Below are positions 1 through 9,874 of a DNA stretch of 64,000 nt, piece by piece. The stretch spans positions 1,280,001 to 1,344,000 of the forward strand of contig CBDFIJ010000004.1 in NCBI GenBank assembly GCA_965248055.1, in the 5' to 3' direction. The notes under the pieces are model-generated. The model ran no database searches, had not been told where the DNA came from, and worked only from the letters and a program-made list of their open reading frames with translations. A program made the position numbers and the translations under genes. Origin of the DNA: Candidatus Multivoradales bacterium (GTDB taxonomy: Bacteria > Acidobacteriota > Thermoanaerobaculia > Multivoradales > JAHEKO01). Each line of letters begins with the position of its first letter. Position 1 is the stretch's first letter.

Positions 1-1
1 A

Positions 2-265
2 ATGGAGAATGACGAGGAAGGCTACATCTCTCCCTATTTCCTCGCTGCCCTCAACTTCCATCTCGGCAACGCGGACCGAGGCAAAGAGCTGATCAATTTG
101 GCCTTCGAAAACCGCGACAACCACCTCTGTTTCGTCGCTGTAGATCCGCTGTTTGACAACTACCACGGAGAAGACTGGTACCACGACATCACCAGCCGAC
201 TGAATCTTTCAGAAACCGACACCCGGATCGCGGTCGAATCCGGACTCAACTTGATCGACCCTTAG
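2..265 (+). CDS. C-terminal end of a TPR-containing protein (type seen on Ser/Thr kinase or adenylate cyclase TPR proteins); partial at window edge
   Basis: Tail YISPYFLA..LG..D....L..AFE.RD..L.FVAVDP.FD resembles the conserved C-terminus of these TPR proteins. Confidence 0.55.
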   Translation: MENDEEGYISPYFLAALNFHLGNADRGKELINLAFENRDNHLCFVAVDPLFDNYHGEDWYHDITSRLNLSETDTRIAVESGLNLIDP

Positions 266-1479
266 AGACCAACGGTCGATGATCCCTGGTCAATCGATCG
301 TTGCAGCACCACCCGAAAGCTCTCCAGGGTTCCAGTGCGGTCCATCTGGTGGGCGCATCCCCATAAATAGAGTTGGAACAATCGAAAAACCCGTTCGCCA
401 AATTTGGCCACTAGTTCTTCTTCCGCAGCTTCTAGATTCTTCGCCCAGGCGACCAGAGTCAGGTAATAACTGCGGCGGTCATTATGCACCGCCACCGGCT
501 CAAATTTGGTTTGATTGGCAGCTTCCAGAAGATCCGGAAGGACCACTGGAGTGTGGTTTCCTGGGAACACGTAACGATAGGTGAAGGATCGAACCGAGTA
601 CTTCTTACGGTTAGCGGCGAAATCCATATAGACAAAGCCACCCGGTCGCACCAGACGCTCGAAGCACTTCAACAGGCGCTGGTAGTCGGGCAGGTGTTCC
701 ATCACTCCCAGTAACACCACCGCGTCAAATGGCCGGTCGGCTTGATATTCAAAAATGTCAGCATACTCCACCCGCAACTCACAGGGCATGTCGTGGCTGC
801 TGGCGAAGTTTTGCAGGTGCTTATACTGCTCTTTGGAGAGGGTCAGCATGGTGGAATTGATGCCTTTACGACCCAAATACTTCTCCGCGGCACCCCATCC
901 ACCACCCACGTCCAAAACCCTTGACCCCGCGGACAGGCGACAACGATTGGTGATGTATTCCAGTTTGTTCACCACTGCCTGTTCGAGACTTTCGTCCTCG
1001 TGGCGATACAGAGCCTGCGAATAGAGCCCCACTTCCTTGTCAAGAAAAGTGAAGTAGAACTCATTGCCATAGTCGTAGTGTTGGGGAATCCAGTCCTTGT
1101 CGGCACTAACTTGACCCTTGAGCCAAGGAGTCAGGAATCTCCAGAAAGACCAGATCGGTTGGCGGTCGGTAAATATCGAGCGCAGCGCGAGCGCTTCCAT
1201 CAGGTCACCCTCGATGTCGATCCGCCCGTCCAGGTAGGCCATCCCGATACTGCTCTCGTCCATCGAAGCGAAAGCAGCCAGTGCCTTGGCGTCACGAATG
1301 TGGACAGTGAAGCGCGGAGATTCTGCCTCAGAACCACCCACCGTCGCTCCCTGCCCATCCGGCCCGACAACCGCGAAACGTGGCACCGTTCGACCTGCTA
1401 ACTTTCGATGCAGCGTGCGTTCAAGACGCACCGAGTCATTCGATTTAGATCGCTTAGAAGCGACGCCGCCTTTGCCCAT
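262..1479 (-). CDS. cfa: Cyclopropane-fatty-acyl-phospholipid synthase family methyltransferase
   Basis: HYDYGNEFY, LYSQA, VLDVGGGWG SAM motif, YVFPG, Y..TL..W..NL; ATG at 1479 has GGAGG upstream. Confidence 0.85.
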   Translation of the reverse strand: MGKGGVASKRSKSNDSVRLERTLHRKLAGRTVPRFAVVGPDGQGATVGGSEAESPRFTVHIRDAKALAAFASMDESSIGMAYLDGRIDIEGDLMEALALRSIFTDRQPIWSFWRFLTPWLKGQVSADKDWIPQHYDYGNEFYFTFLDKEVGLYSQALYRHEDESLEQAVVNKLEYITNRCRLSAGSRVLDVGGGWGAAEKYLGRKGINSTMLTLSKEQYKHLQNFASSHDMPCELRVEYADIFEYQADRPFDAVVLLGVMEHLPDYQRLLKCFERLVRPGGFVYMDFAANRKKYSVRSFTYRYVFPGNHTPVVLPDLLEAANQTKFEPVAVHNDRRSYYLTLVAWAKNLEAAEEELVAKFGERVFRLFQLYLWGCAHQMDRTGTLESFRVVLQRSIDQGSSTVGL

Positions 1480-1522
1480 CAAGAACCTCCCTCCGGGCGT
1501 CACTGCCTATCAACAACGGCGA

Positions 1523-3322
1523 CTACCCTTCCAAGTTGGCTTGGTCGGAGTCTCCCATAGTTTGGCCCTGAGGGAAATACTCGCCCCAGCGTCGGTCGAC
1601 CAACTGTTTGGTGTCGGGGTCAACGAACAGTTCCGCGGGGAAATTAGCTGGGGTTCTGGCGTCCAGAACGATAGGGCCGCTATAAGCGAGGTGATTGTCC
1701 TTCACCGTGGTCTTGGCCGCCGACAAGTCTTGGGCTGGATCTAGGCGGGTAAAAGTGGTCCAAAGAAAATTGACTCCTGCGACGGCGGCCCGGCGCGCAT
1801 CGTCAGTGACCACCACCAGCGGCCAGTCTTCAAACGCCAGGTTGCGGGCGATCTCAGCGGCAGCAGATGGGTACTCAGCTTTGGATCCGGTTTCGACCAC
1901 CAGACAACCGCGACAGAAGACCCGCACGTCGGTCACCTGGGAGGGAGGCAGTGCCGAAAACTTGTGGGGCAGATCTCGGATTGGGGCACCTAGGCCCATC
2001 CATACGCATTTCGAACCATGGTTGATCTTGGGCCCCGCGTAGTCGAGGGTATCCATCGAGGTGTTGGCCAACACGTAGAGGTCGGTTTCGGGGCGGGTTC
2101 GCTCTAGCACGGTTTCCAGAACCTCGGCAAAATTGCGCAGGTCGACCACAGCGTCGGTCACCAGCAAAAATTTGGTCAACGATAGTTGGCCCTCTCCCAA
2201 GATTCGGAACGCGCTGGCCAGGGCCTCCCGACGGTAGCGATCTCGCACCACCGCCGCTGCCAGCGAGTGATATCCGGTCTCACCATAGGACCAGAGAGAG
2301 CGCACCGCGGGCATCACTAGGGGGAACAACGGTGACAGGATCTCCTGCAGCAGATCGCCCAAATAGAAGTCCTCCTGGCGCGGCTTGCCGACCACGGTGG
2401 CCGGCAAGATTGCGTCGCGCCGGTGATACATACGATCCACCCGGAACACCGGAAAAGGATGCTCCAGAGAGTAGTAACCGTAGTGATCGCCAAACGGACC
2501 CTCGATGCGACTCTCAGCCGGGTCCACCGTACCCACCAGACAAAGGTCCGCCGAAGCGGGTAGCGAGTGCCCGCCGGGTGGCGTCCAGACCGGCAGCTTG
2601 CGACCCAAGATCAAAGAAGCGAGCATCATTTCTGGAACGTTTTCCGGCAATGGCGCAACCGCAGCCAAGATCATCGCTGGGGGACCGCCGAGAAACACCG
2701 TTACCGGCAACTTGACCCCTTGATCGGCGGCTTGAGCTAAATGAAATCCGCCGCCCTTGCCGATCTGCCAGTGCATTCCCGTGCTGGCGTCATCGTAAAT
2801 CTGCATGCGATAGACGCCCAGGTTGGCGGCCCCACCATTGGGCGGTTTGGTCAACACATTGGGCCAAGTCAGAAATGGTCCGCCATCTTCGGCCCAGGTG
2901 GTCAGAGCCGGAAGACCGCCCAGCGTCGGAACGGCTGACACTTCTGATACCGGAGCGCGGCGCGCTGGCTTGTTGCCCAAACGTGTCAACTGGCGGAGCA
3001 ACCCTCGTTTCGCCCAAAGTTCACCCACAGCGGGTGGCACCGGACCTTGCGCAAGCTCGACCACTTGTTCGATCCAGTGATGGGGGTTCTTGCCGAACGC
3101 CAATTCCATGCGCTTGACCGAGCCAAAAAGGTTGGTGACCACCGGGAACACCGACCCCTTAGGATTGCGGAAAAGAAGCGCCGGACCGTTGGCGGCAATC
3201 ACCCGCCGGTGAATTTCAGCGAGTTCGAGTTTCGGGTCCACCGAAACTTCGACTTCAACCAATTCACCCTCTTTGCTTAAGACTTCCAAATACTGGTGCA
3301 GATCACCCGGTGGAGACATCAT
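1523..3322 (-). CDS. UbiD-family (prFMN) decarboxylase, long ~600 aa form typical of menaquinone/futalosine-type decarboxylases
   Basis: DGGPFLT, NLGVYRMQ, EGPFGDHYGYYS, ATVVGKPRQED, DTLDYA motifs. Confidence 0.85.
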   Translation of the reverse strand: MMSPPGDLHQYLEVLSKEGELVEVEVSVDPKLELAEIHRRVIAANGPALLFRNPKGSVFPVVTNLFGSVKRMELAFGKNPHHWIEQVVELAQGPVPPAVGELWAKRGLLRQLTRLGNKPARRAPVSEVSAVPTLGGLPALTTWAEDGGPFLTWPNVLTKPPNGGAANLGVYRMQIYDDASTGMHWQIGKGGGFHLAQAADQGVKLPVTVFLGGPPAMILAAVAPLPENVPEMMLASLILGRKLPVWTPPGGHSLPASADLCLVGTVDPAESRIEGPFGDHYGYYSLEHPFPVFRVDRMYHRRDAILPATVVGKPRQEDFYLGDLLQEILSPLFPLVMPAVRSLWSYGETGYHSLAAAVVRDRYRREALASAFRILGEGQLSLTKFLLVTDAVVDLRNFAEVLETVLERTRPETDLYVLANTSMDTLDYAGPKINHGSKCVWMGLGAPIRDLPHKFSALPPSQVTDVRVFCRGCLVVETGSKAEYPSAAAEIARNLAFEDWPLVVVTDDARRAAVAGVNFLWTTFTRLDPAQDLSAAKTTVKDNHLAYSGPIVLDARTPANFPAELFVDPDTKQLVDRRWGEYFPQGQTMGDSDQANLEG

Positions 3323-3350
3323 CGGTGAAGGATACAGCTAGACTTGCTCG

Positions 3351-4118
3351 GTGATCGATCGCCGCCACCCACGGACCAAAAACACTGTGCTAACAGCCGT
3401 TGCGCTCGCCATGTGCTGGCTGTCGATAACTTCCATATCTTTGGGATGTGGACGGCGCGATCCCAACGTGCTGCGCATCGCGGCGGCTACCAGTCTGCGC
3501 CAGGTGATGGTCGAGCTGGAGCAGAATCTGGAGCCCGAGATCGAGGTCGAAGTGGCGATCGCCGCTTCCGGAACGTTAGTGCGCCAGATCGAAGCCGGGG
3601 TCGATTTCGACCTGTTGATCGCTGCGGCGCGGTGGCCAATCGAGGAACTGGCATCCCAGCAGCTGACCACCGGACCCGCTCACACCTTGGCGACCAATCA
3701 GTTGGTGGTCGTCAGCTTGGACCCCGATCTTCGACTCAAAACCTGGGTCACTGGTTCCGGTCGTCTCGCCATCGGAGACCCACGCTACGTACCGGCTGGT
3801 CGCTACGCGCAAGAATGGCTAGAACAGCAACAACTCCTGGGCGCCTTGCGCACTCGACAAGTGTTCACTGCAGATGTCGCCGGAGTCGCCGCCCACATTG
3901 CCGCTGGCAGCGTAGATGCGGGCATCCTCTATCGGACCGAGGCCGTATTGTTTCCCCGGTTACACCCAGTTGAGGAACTGAACCTGGATCAGGCACCGGA
4001 AGTGGTTGCGGTGGCCCTGCAAAACGCTCGCACCGATCTCGCCGACCAAGCACTGCAATTTCTGCTTTCTAGCTCGGGAAGGGAAATCTTTGTCCGCCAC
4101 GGGTTTGACCTCCCATGA
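3351..4118 (+). CDS. modA: Molybdate ABC transporter substrate-binding lipoprotein
   Basis: Lipobox LGC, AAATSL, ASGTLVRQIEAG, IGDP..VPAGRYA, DAGILYRT. Confidence 0.9.
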   Translation: MIDRRHPRTKNTVLTAVALAMCWLSITSISLGCGRRDPNVLRIAAATSLRQVMVELEQNLEPEIEVEVAIAASGTLVRQIEAGVDFDLLIAAARWPIEELASQQLTTGPAHTLATNQLVVVSLDPDLRLKTWVTGSGRLAIGDPRYVPAGRYAQEWLEQQQLLGALRTRQVFTADVAGVAAHIAAGSVDAGILYRTEAVLFPRLHPVEELNLDQAPEVVAVALQNARTDLADQALQFLLSSSGREIFVRHGFDLP

Positions 4119-4807
4119 TCGACCTATTTCCCATCCGTCTCTCACTGGAAGTCGGTCTCGCCGCACTACTGGTGATCTTGCTACCCGGATGCTTGCTAGC
4201 TTGGCTGCAAGCGCACAAGAAATTGGTCTTTCCCCGCGTTATCGACGCACTCCTCCTGGTTCCTTTGGTGCTGCCACCCTCGGTAGTCGGATATCTACTG
4301 GTCCAACTGCTGAGCACCAGAGGACCTTTGTCCGGCCTATTCAGCGCGCTGGGCGTCGAGATCTTGCTAACTCCCGCCGCCGCGATCTGTGCCTCCAGCA
4401 TCGCCGCCTTCCCGCTGCTGACCAAGACCTTGCAACCATCGTTCGCCTCGGTACCCGTTGAACTGGAGGAAGTCGGCGCCAGTTTGGGGCTGTCCCCGCT
4501 ACGCGTGTTTCTCAAAGTCACGGTTCCCACCGCCTGGCGCGGATTGTTCGCCGGTTGTGCCTTGGCTTTCGCTCGGGCGGTTGGCGAATTTGGCGCCACC
4601 TTGATGGTCGCCGGCTACATACCAGGAAAAACCAACACCATCCCGCTGGAAATCTACGCCTCTTACCAAGCCGGAGATCATCGACGCGCGGCCTTCTATG
4701 TGACGATCATGCTGGTCTTCGCGCTGGTGGTTTCCTGGGTGACCTCGGCCTGGGGAGAACAGACCCTACGCACCGCAAGCCGCCGCTCTTCCCGGCAAGA
4801 AACCTAG
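4115..4807 (+). CDS. modB: Molybdate ABC transporter permease
   Basis: PLVLPPSVVGY, FARAVGEFGATLMVAG.IPGKT.TIPL; ATGA overlap with modA. Confidence 0.92.
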   Translation: MIDLFPIRLSLEVGLAALLVILLPGCLLAWLQAHKKLVFPRVIDALLLVPLVLPPSVVGYLLVQLLSTRGPLSGLFSALGVEILLTPAAAICASSIAAFPLLTKTLQPSFASVPVELEEVGASLGLSPLRVFLKVTVPTAWRGLFAGCALAFARAVGEFGATLMVAGYIPGKTNTIPLEIYASYQAGDHRRAAFYVTIMLVFALVVSWVTSAWGEQTLRTASRRSSRQET

Positions 4808-4822
4808 TCGCGTGCTGCTGCG

Positions 4823-5533
4823 ATGTTGAGAGCCGACTTCACTGCCACAACCCCCGACCGCGACCATCAAGTTGAGGTTCGCTTCCGGCTTGCTCAGGGA
4901 GTTCTGCTATTTCATGGGTCGTCCGGGGTTGGAAAGACGCTAGCTCTGCGCACTTTGGCAGGGCTCATTCGTCCGCACTCCGGAAGCGTATCCGTCGATC
5001 GAGAGGTCTGGGACGACGTTTCGGCTGGCCTGCATATCCCGATGCATCGAAGACGTTTGGGGTTGGTACCTCAGCACCCCAGTTTGTTCCCCTTTACTTC
5101 GGTGTTGGGCAATGTCGGCTTCGGAGTGCCCGGCTATCGGCAATCCGATCAAGTCCAGGCGCTGATGCGTCAGTTCGAGATCGAGCAACTGGCTCAAGCT
5201 GATCCCAATACGCTCTCCGGCGGCGAGCGCCAACGGGTTGCGATCGCTCGAGCTCTTGCTCCCAGCCCTCGTTTGTTATTGATGGATGAGCCGTTTTCCT
5301 CGCTGGACCGAGACTCACGCATTCGCTTGCTGCCGATTCTTCGAAACACTCTGGAGTCGTTGGGCGCCAGTGCCATCGTCGTCAGCCACAATCTTGAGGA
5401 CGCCAAACACCTCGGTGCAAGGGTCCTGAGCTTCGAGTTGTCAAAACCCGGTGTCGGCCAAGGAATAGGCGATGAAGCAGAGGGCGAATTGCGAATGGAC
5501 CGCTCCAGTCCTGAACCGACTCCTACGGTCTAA
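4823..5533 (+). CDS. modC: Molybdate ABC transporter ATPase
   Basis: Walker A GSSGVGKT, LSGGERQR, LLLMDEPF; follows modAB. Confidence 0.85.
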   Translation: MLRADFTATTPDRDHQVEVRFRLAQGVLLFHGSSGVGKTLALRTLAGLIRPHSGSVSVDREVWDDVSAGLHIPMHRRRLGLVPQHPSLFPFTSVLGNVGFGVPGYRQSDQVQALMRQFEIEQLAQADPNTLSGGERQRVAIARALAPSPRLLLMDEPFSSLDRDSRIRLLPILRNTLESLGASAIVVSHNLEDAKHLGARVLSFELSKPGVGQGIGDEAEGELRMDRSSPEPTPTV

Positions 5534-6330
5534 GCTGCTGCGACTTTGGTTCCGCGAATCGAATCGCCGGCCATGGCGGCGCTGAGTTCTCCGGAACGCA
5601 GCCCGTTGATTAGCCAGGATTCAACCCCGCGCTGCGCCAAGGACTGCACCGTCTGCCAGCGCAAAGCCATTCCGCCGGTGACGTCGGGGCCTTTCACCTC
5701 ACCAATGAACAGCTCGTCGGTGTGCTGCAGCGCCGATACCGTCTGTCCGTCGGCATCGAGAATGCCGTCGGTCTCTCCGACCCAGATCACCCTGCCAATC
5801 GGCAGCTTCTGGGCCAAACAGCAAAACACTTCTTCGGTCGAGGCGATGCGGGCCCCGCCGTGTTGATCCCAGACCACGTCCCCCATCACTACCGGCACTG
5901 CACCGCTGGCCAGGGCACCCGTCATACCCGCCAAATCAGAAGCCCGCAGGGCATCCTTCTCCCAGGTGCACCAAGCGGCGGGAGGAAATGACGCCGGCGC
6001 AACCCCGGCCCGCTGCAAGCTAGCGACCACAATGCCGTGGAGGCGCCGCGCAGCACTCTGAATCTCAGTCGCTGCCGTGGCCTCAGAGCGGGTGAAACGA
6101 CCGGAGGCGGCCCCGGCATCCACCGCCGCACGATGACCAAAAGATCCGCTGCCGTGCCCCAAGAGGATCGACGTGGTTCCTCCAGATGCCAGATCCCTAG
6201 ACAGTGCCAATTCTCGAGACCGCGCCAGTTCTTGAGACAGTCGATCGATCACTGGTTGGCGAGCTTCTTCGCGCCCCGCCTTGTTGGTCAGGACGCTGCC
6301 GCCGAACTTAATGAAGGTGAGTTTGCTCAT
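5530..6330 (-). CDS. ipk: Isopentenyl phosphate kinase (amino-acid-kinase fold)
   Basis: IKFGGSVLTNK, HGSGSFGH (IPK signature His), PVVMGDVV, STEE, DVTGGM; lies in the mevalonate operon. Confidence 0.88.
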   Translation of the reverse strand: MSKLTFIKFGGSVLTNKAGREEARQPVIDRLSQELARSRELALSRDLASGGTTSILLGHGSGSFGHRAAVDAGAASGRFTRSEATAATEIQSAARRLHGIVVASLQRAGVAPASFPPAAWCTWEKDALRASDLAGMTGALASGAVPVVMGDVVWDQHGGARIASTEEVFCCLAQKLPIGRVIWVGETDGILDADGQTVSALQHTDELFIGEVKGPDVTGGMALRWQTVQSLAQRGVESWLINGLRSGELSAAMAGDSIRGTKVAAA

Positions 6331-6388
6331 TGGCTAGCAGTTTGTAGTTCTTGAATTGATACTCAGATCGAGCTAGCGCAGCTCGACG

Positions 6389-7396
6389 CTACTCCGACTC
6401 GTCAAGAAATCGAGCACCGTGGCCGGTGCGATCTCGAATCACGTTCTGTACCAACCTCAAATCATCCACCGCAGCGGCCACCTGTGCTTCATACTCCGGC
6501 TCACACAGCACATGAACGTTGGGGCCGGCGTCGATGGTGAAACAACAGGGCACTCCGGCTTGGTTCAGTTCTCTCACCCGCGCCATGACTTCCAAAGTGC
6601 CTGGCTGCCAGTAGATCGTTCGCGGCCTGGTTGACATCGCGATCAAGTGCAACTCCATCGCTTCTTCCTCCACCACCTTGGCTAGGCGGGAAAAATCCCG
6701 CTGACGCACTGCACGCCGAACGATTTCGGTGCGGGCCGGCAGCAGCTCCAAACGCCGGGCAAAGTGCGGGCTGCTGGGTGCCAAACGATGCCCTTCAAGC
6801 GAAGAGACCTCTTTGGGATCGGCACTGACAATGGCGATGACGTCGCTCAAGATCCAGTGGTCTCGTGGCGCCACTACCTCGATCTTGTCGCGCAGATTGC
6901 GCGACGGCCACTGCACGTATCCGCCGGCCACCGACCGCGCCGCCGATCCTGAGCCACCCAACAGCACCATTCCCGGAGCCCCTCCGCCACTCACTTGGTG
7001 ATCCAGAGCACCACACGTGGCGATCGCCAGGGCGGCAAATCCGGAAGCGGAAGACGCCAATCCGACGCTGGCGGGAAAAGTATTCTCGGTCCAAACGCGA
7101 AACCCACCGCGGGTGTTGCCCAATTTTTCTTGAATTTTTTCCAGGTGGGTGGAAACTCGCGCGGCGAAGCCGGTCGGCGCCAACTGCGGTCCGGACTCCT
7201 GAGAAAGCCAGACCTCAACCCCAGTCGCCGACGGGTCATACTCCACCGTGGTTCGAGTCCGAGCCTTCGACAGGGTCATTGAAATCGATGGGTTGTAGGG
7301 AACCAACAAGGACTCGTTACGCAGTCCCCAATACTTGATTAAGGCAATGTTGGAAGGGGCGATGGCTGTTGAGGTTCGCGTCACAGTGTTCATCAA
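6389..7396 (-). CDS. mvaD: GHMP-family mevalonate (di)phosphate decarboxylase, probably phosphomevalonate decarboxylase
   Basis: PSNIALIKYWG, NPSISMTL, GLASSASGFAA, GSGSAARS, FTIDAGPNVH. Confidence 0.88.
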   Translation of the reverse strand: MMNTVTRTSTAIAPSNIALIKYWGLRNESLLVPYNPSISMTLSKARTRTTVEYDPSATGVEVWLSQESGPQLAPTGFAARVSTHLEKIQEKLGNTRGGFRVWTENTFPASVGLASSASGFAALAIATCGALDHQVSGGGAPGMVLLGGSGSAARSVAGGYVQWPSRNLRDKIEVVAPRDHWILSDVIAIVSADPKEVSSLEGHRLAPSSPHFARRLELLPARTEIVRRAVRQRDFSRLAKVVEEEAMELHLIAMSTRPRTIYWQPGTLEVMARVRELNQAGVPCCFTIDAGPNVHVLCEPEYEAQVAAAVDDLRLVQNVIRDRTGHGARFLDESE

Positions 7397-7433
7397 TTCA
7401 AGTTCATTAAATCGAGTTCTTCAACTTAAGTTC
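7388..7433. repeat. Degenerate 14-bp tandem repeat (3 units plus GTTC) overlapping the decarboxylase start
   Basis: gttcatcaattcaa / gttcattaaatcga / gttcttcaacttaa / gttc. Confidence 0.6.
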
Positions 7434-7544
7434 TACCATTCATAGTCCTACAGATTACGGTTCCAACTGTCGTAATTCTCAACGTCGCGACCCACTTGAC
7501 CATCGGTCTCTTTGAACATGGCCTTTTGCAACCGTGGCCCGAAG

Positions 7545-8600
7545 CTAAACGCTCTCCACCTGCAAACCCGGAACCGAAATCGTAGCATCATGGCGACGCC
7601 AGGACGCGGGAACCACCGGATCGGCACCAGCAGAATACGCGAGAAGGCAGCCAGCTCGCTCCCCGCGCGCCGTGCCCGCTCCACTCAACTTGGCCGCGCC
7701 TGCTTGATCTTCCCAAGAGCTTACCCAGTCGGCAACCGGGTCGGGGACAACGCCGATCTGTTCCATCTCGCGATGATAGAGGCGAACCAGCGGGCCAACG
7801 TCGCCGCCGCTCTCCAGCAGCCGGCGAAACTCGGTGGTTGCCACAGCCATTCGGTCCCAGCCAGCATAGCTTGCTCCCCCGGTATTCTCGCGCACCGTCT
7901 CAACCACAGTACCAGTGCTCTGCTCAGGAACACCCGTGTCCAGAATTGTCGGCTGGATCTGCGAACCCTTGGTCAAAGACTCGACCTCGACGCGACCGTA
8001 CTCGGCGCTCGGTTGAGCCCATAGGATTCCCCCTCGAAGCACCGCTTCATGGTCAATACCGGATGGAAATCCGTGCTGGCGCCGTTCCACCTCCAAGACC
8101 ACAGACGAAATCCGTTCCAGATCCATCGGTTCGCCGACAAAACCCAGCCAAGCGCCGACGATCGCACTCGCTACCGACGCCGAGCTCCCCATTCCCGCGC
8201 CCAACGGCAGTTCAGAAGAGAGCGTCATTCGCAAACCGTTCGGCGCTGAACCGGTAGCCCTAACCGCTTCGCCCAGAGCCAACTGAACGAACCGCTCCGC
8301 TCCGCCGCCCGCCATCAAACGGTGTAAGCGCTGGGCGCTGGGTGCTGCGGCATAGGCATTCCACCGTCGCCGCGCCTGCTCGGCATGATCGATGATTTCC
8401 TGGCTACTCCAGTGAAAGACTTGGTTCAGGTCGACCAAGTCGGCGACCACTCCTTTGCCAGCGTCGCTCTCGAAAACTACCTCGGTCGTCAATCCAACCG
8501 TCGCGACCACCGCCGGGCGTCCATAGACCGCGGCGTGCTCACCCATCAAGATGATTTTGCCGGGACAGACGGCTCTAACCGGGGACACAGAGCGACTCAA
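7545..8600 (-). CDS. mvk: Mevalonate kinase
   Basis: PGKIILMGEHAAVYG, LPLGAGMGSSAS, HG.PSGID, AKLSGAG. Confidence 0.9.
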   Translation of the reverse strand: MSRSVSPVRAVCPGKIILMGEHAAVYGRPAVVATVGLTTEVVFESDAGKGVVADLVDLNQVFHWSSQEIIDHAEQARRRWNAYAAAPSAQRLHRLMAGGGAERFVQLALGEAVRATGSAPNGLRMTLSSELPLGAGMGSSASVASAIVGAWLGFVGEPMDLERISSVVLEVERRQHGFPSGIDHEAVLRGGILWAQPSAEYGRVEVESLTKGSQIQPTILDTGVPEQSTGTVVETVRENTGGASYAGWDRMAVATTEFRRLLESGGDVGPLVRLYHREMEQIGVVPDPVADWVSSWEDQAGAAKLSGAGTARGERAGCLLAYSAGADPVVPASWRRHDATISVPGLQVESV

Positions 8601-9874
8601 TCAACGATGGAGGAACGTCGGGCCAACCGTTCATGGGCTCCCGCCAGATCGGAAGAGGTTAGGGCGGCCAAGAGAGACAGCTCTCCACACAAGACCACCG
8701 CGCCGAGAATCTCGGCCAAACGCATCGCGGCAGTACCAGGACGCTCCGAATCCAGCGTCACACCCAGAATCTGCAAACACTCTTGCTGGGTCGCCAGAGC
8801 GGTCCCCCCGCCAATCGCCCCCAGGGGCACGTCTGGAAGATTGACCGCGATATGAATCCCGCCCTCGGCGCGATCGATGGTGGTAACTCCCATAGCCGCT
8901 TCGACCACCTGCGCCGGGTCTTGCCCGGTGGCGAGAAAAAATGCCGCTACGACGTTGGCAAAATGCGCGTTATAGGCAAAGGTCCCCGAAGCGATCGAGC
9001 CGACAAAGTTCTTGCGCCACTGCACTTCCAGCATCGCGTCCGCGTCGGTCTTGAGGCAGTGTGCTAAATCCTGATCCGAAATGATCGCTTCGGCGTGAAT
9101 CCGCTTGCCACGACCTTCCAAGAAATTGAGCATCGAAGGTTTCTTGTCGACACAGTAATTCCCCGAAAGGGCCACGCACTCGATACCAGTTTCCGGACCG
9201 ATCAGCTCACGGATCACGCGATCGCAAGCAATGGTCGCCATATTCATACCCATGGCATCGTCGGTCAGGAAGCGAAAACGCAGAAACACCGAAGTCCCCA
9301 CCACGTGGGGGCGAACCTCTCTCAACGTCAGATGCCCACTGGTGGCTTCGGTAACTTCTTTGAGACGTTGGTGATTCTCGGTCACCCAATCGATGAACTG
9401 GTTCGCTTGCTTGCGGTTCTTGACGCGAAAAACAGGAGCCCGCGTGATCCCCACATCTTCGACAAAGACCTCTGCGCCGCCGGCCTCGGTGATCGCCCGA
9501 CATCCCCGATTGACGCTGGCGACCAAAGCCCCCTCAGTGGTGGCAAGCGGAACCCAAAGCTCCTCCTGCAGCGCGACATGCTCACTGACAACTTTCAACG
9601 GGCCGACTACTCCCAACGGAATCTGCATCGCGCCGATCAGGTTTTCGCAATGCTGTGATCCGGCGCGCTCTGCGTCCAACGAATAACGACCCAAGTGGTC
9701 AAGATCGCTCTCGGTCCGGCTCGCTACCACCAGCCGACGGATCTCTGCCTTGTCCTGTTGGTTCAACGACTCCGGTAAGTCATGCACTCGCGCCTCTCCG
9801 GCGAGCACGCGACCAACCCATTCGCGAATCAGATCGCCGCCTTCGTGCGCAGGCATCAATGGCTCTGGCTTCAT
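8597..9874 (-). CDS. hmgA: HMG-CoA reductase, class I (NADPH, archaeal/eukaryotic type)
   Basis: CENLIG, PLATTEGALVASVNRG, DAMGMNM, LSGNYCVDKK, GQDPAQ, GELSLLAAL. Confidence 0.93.
   Translation of the reverse strand: MKPEPLMPAHEGGDLIREWVGRVLAGEARVHDLPESLNQQDKAEIRRLVVASRTESDLDHLGRYSLDAERAGSQHCENLIGAMQIPLGVVGPLKVVSEHVALQEELWVPLATTEGALVASVNRGCRAITEAGGAEVFVEDVGITRAPVFRVKNRKQANQFIDWVTENHQRLKEVTEATSGHLTLREVRPHVVGTSVFLRFRFLTDDAMGMNMATIACDRVIRELIGPETGIECVALSGNYCVDKKPSMLNFLEGRGKRIHAEAIISDQDLAHCLKTDADAMLEVQWRKNFVGSIASGTFAYNAHFANVVAAFFLATGQDPAQVVEAAMGVTTIDRAEGGIHIAVNLPDVPLGAIGGGTALATQQECLQILGVTLDSERPGTAAMRLAEILGAVVLCGELSLLAALTSSDLAGAHERLARRSSIVD

Noticed and set aside
1523-3322. UbiD as the anhydromevalonate phosphate decarboxylase of the archaeal mevalonate route
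   Set aside because: No AcnX-type dehydratase or UbiX is nearby, modABC separates it from the operon, the operon has its own GHMP decarboxylase, and the ~600 aa form fits quinone biosynthesis.
7418-7433. LexA (GAAC-N4-GTTC) box upstream of the decarboxylase
   Set aside because: The match is imperfect and is explained by the 14-bp tandem repeat.
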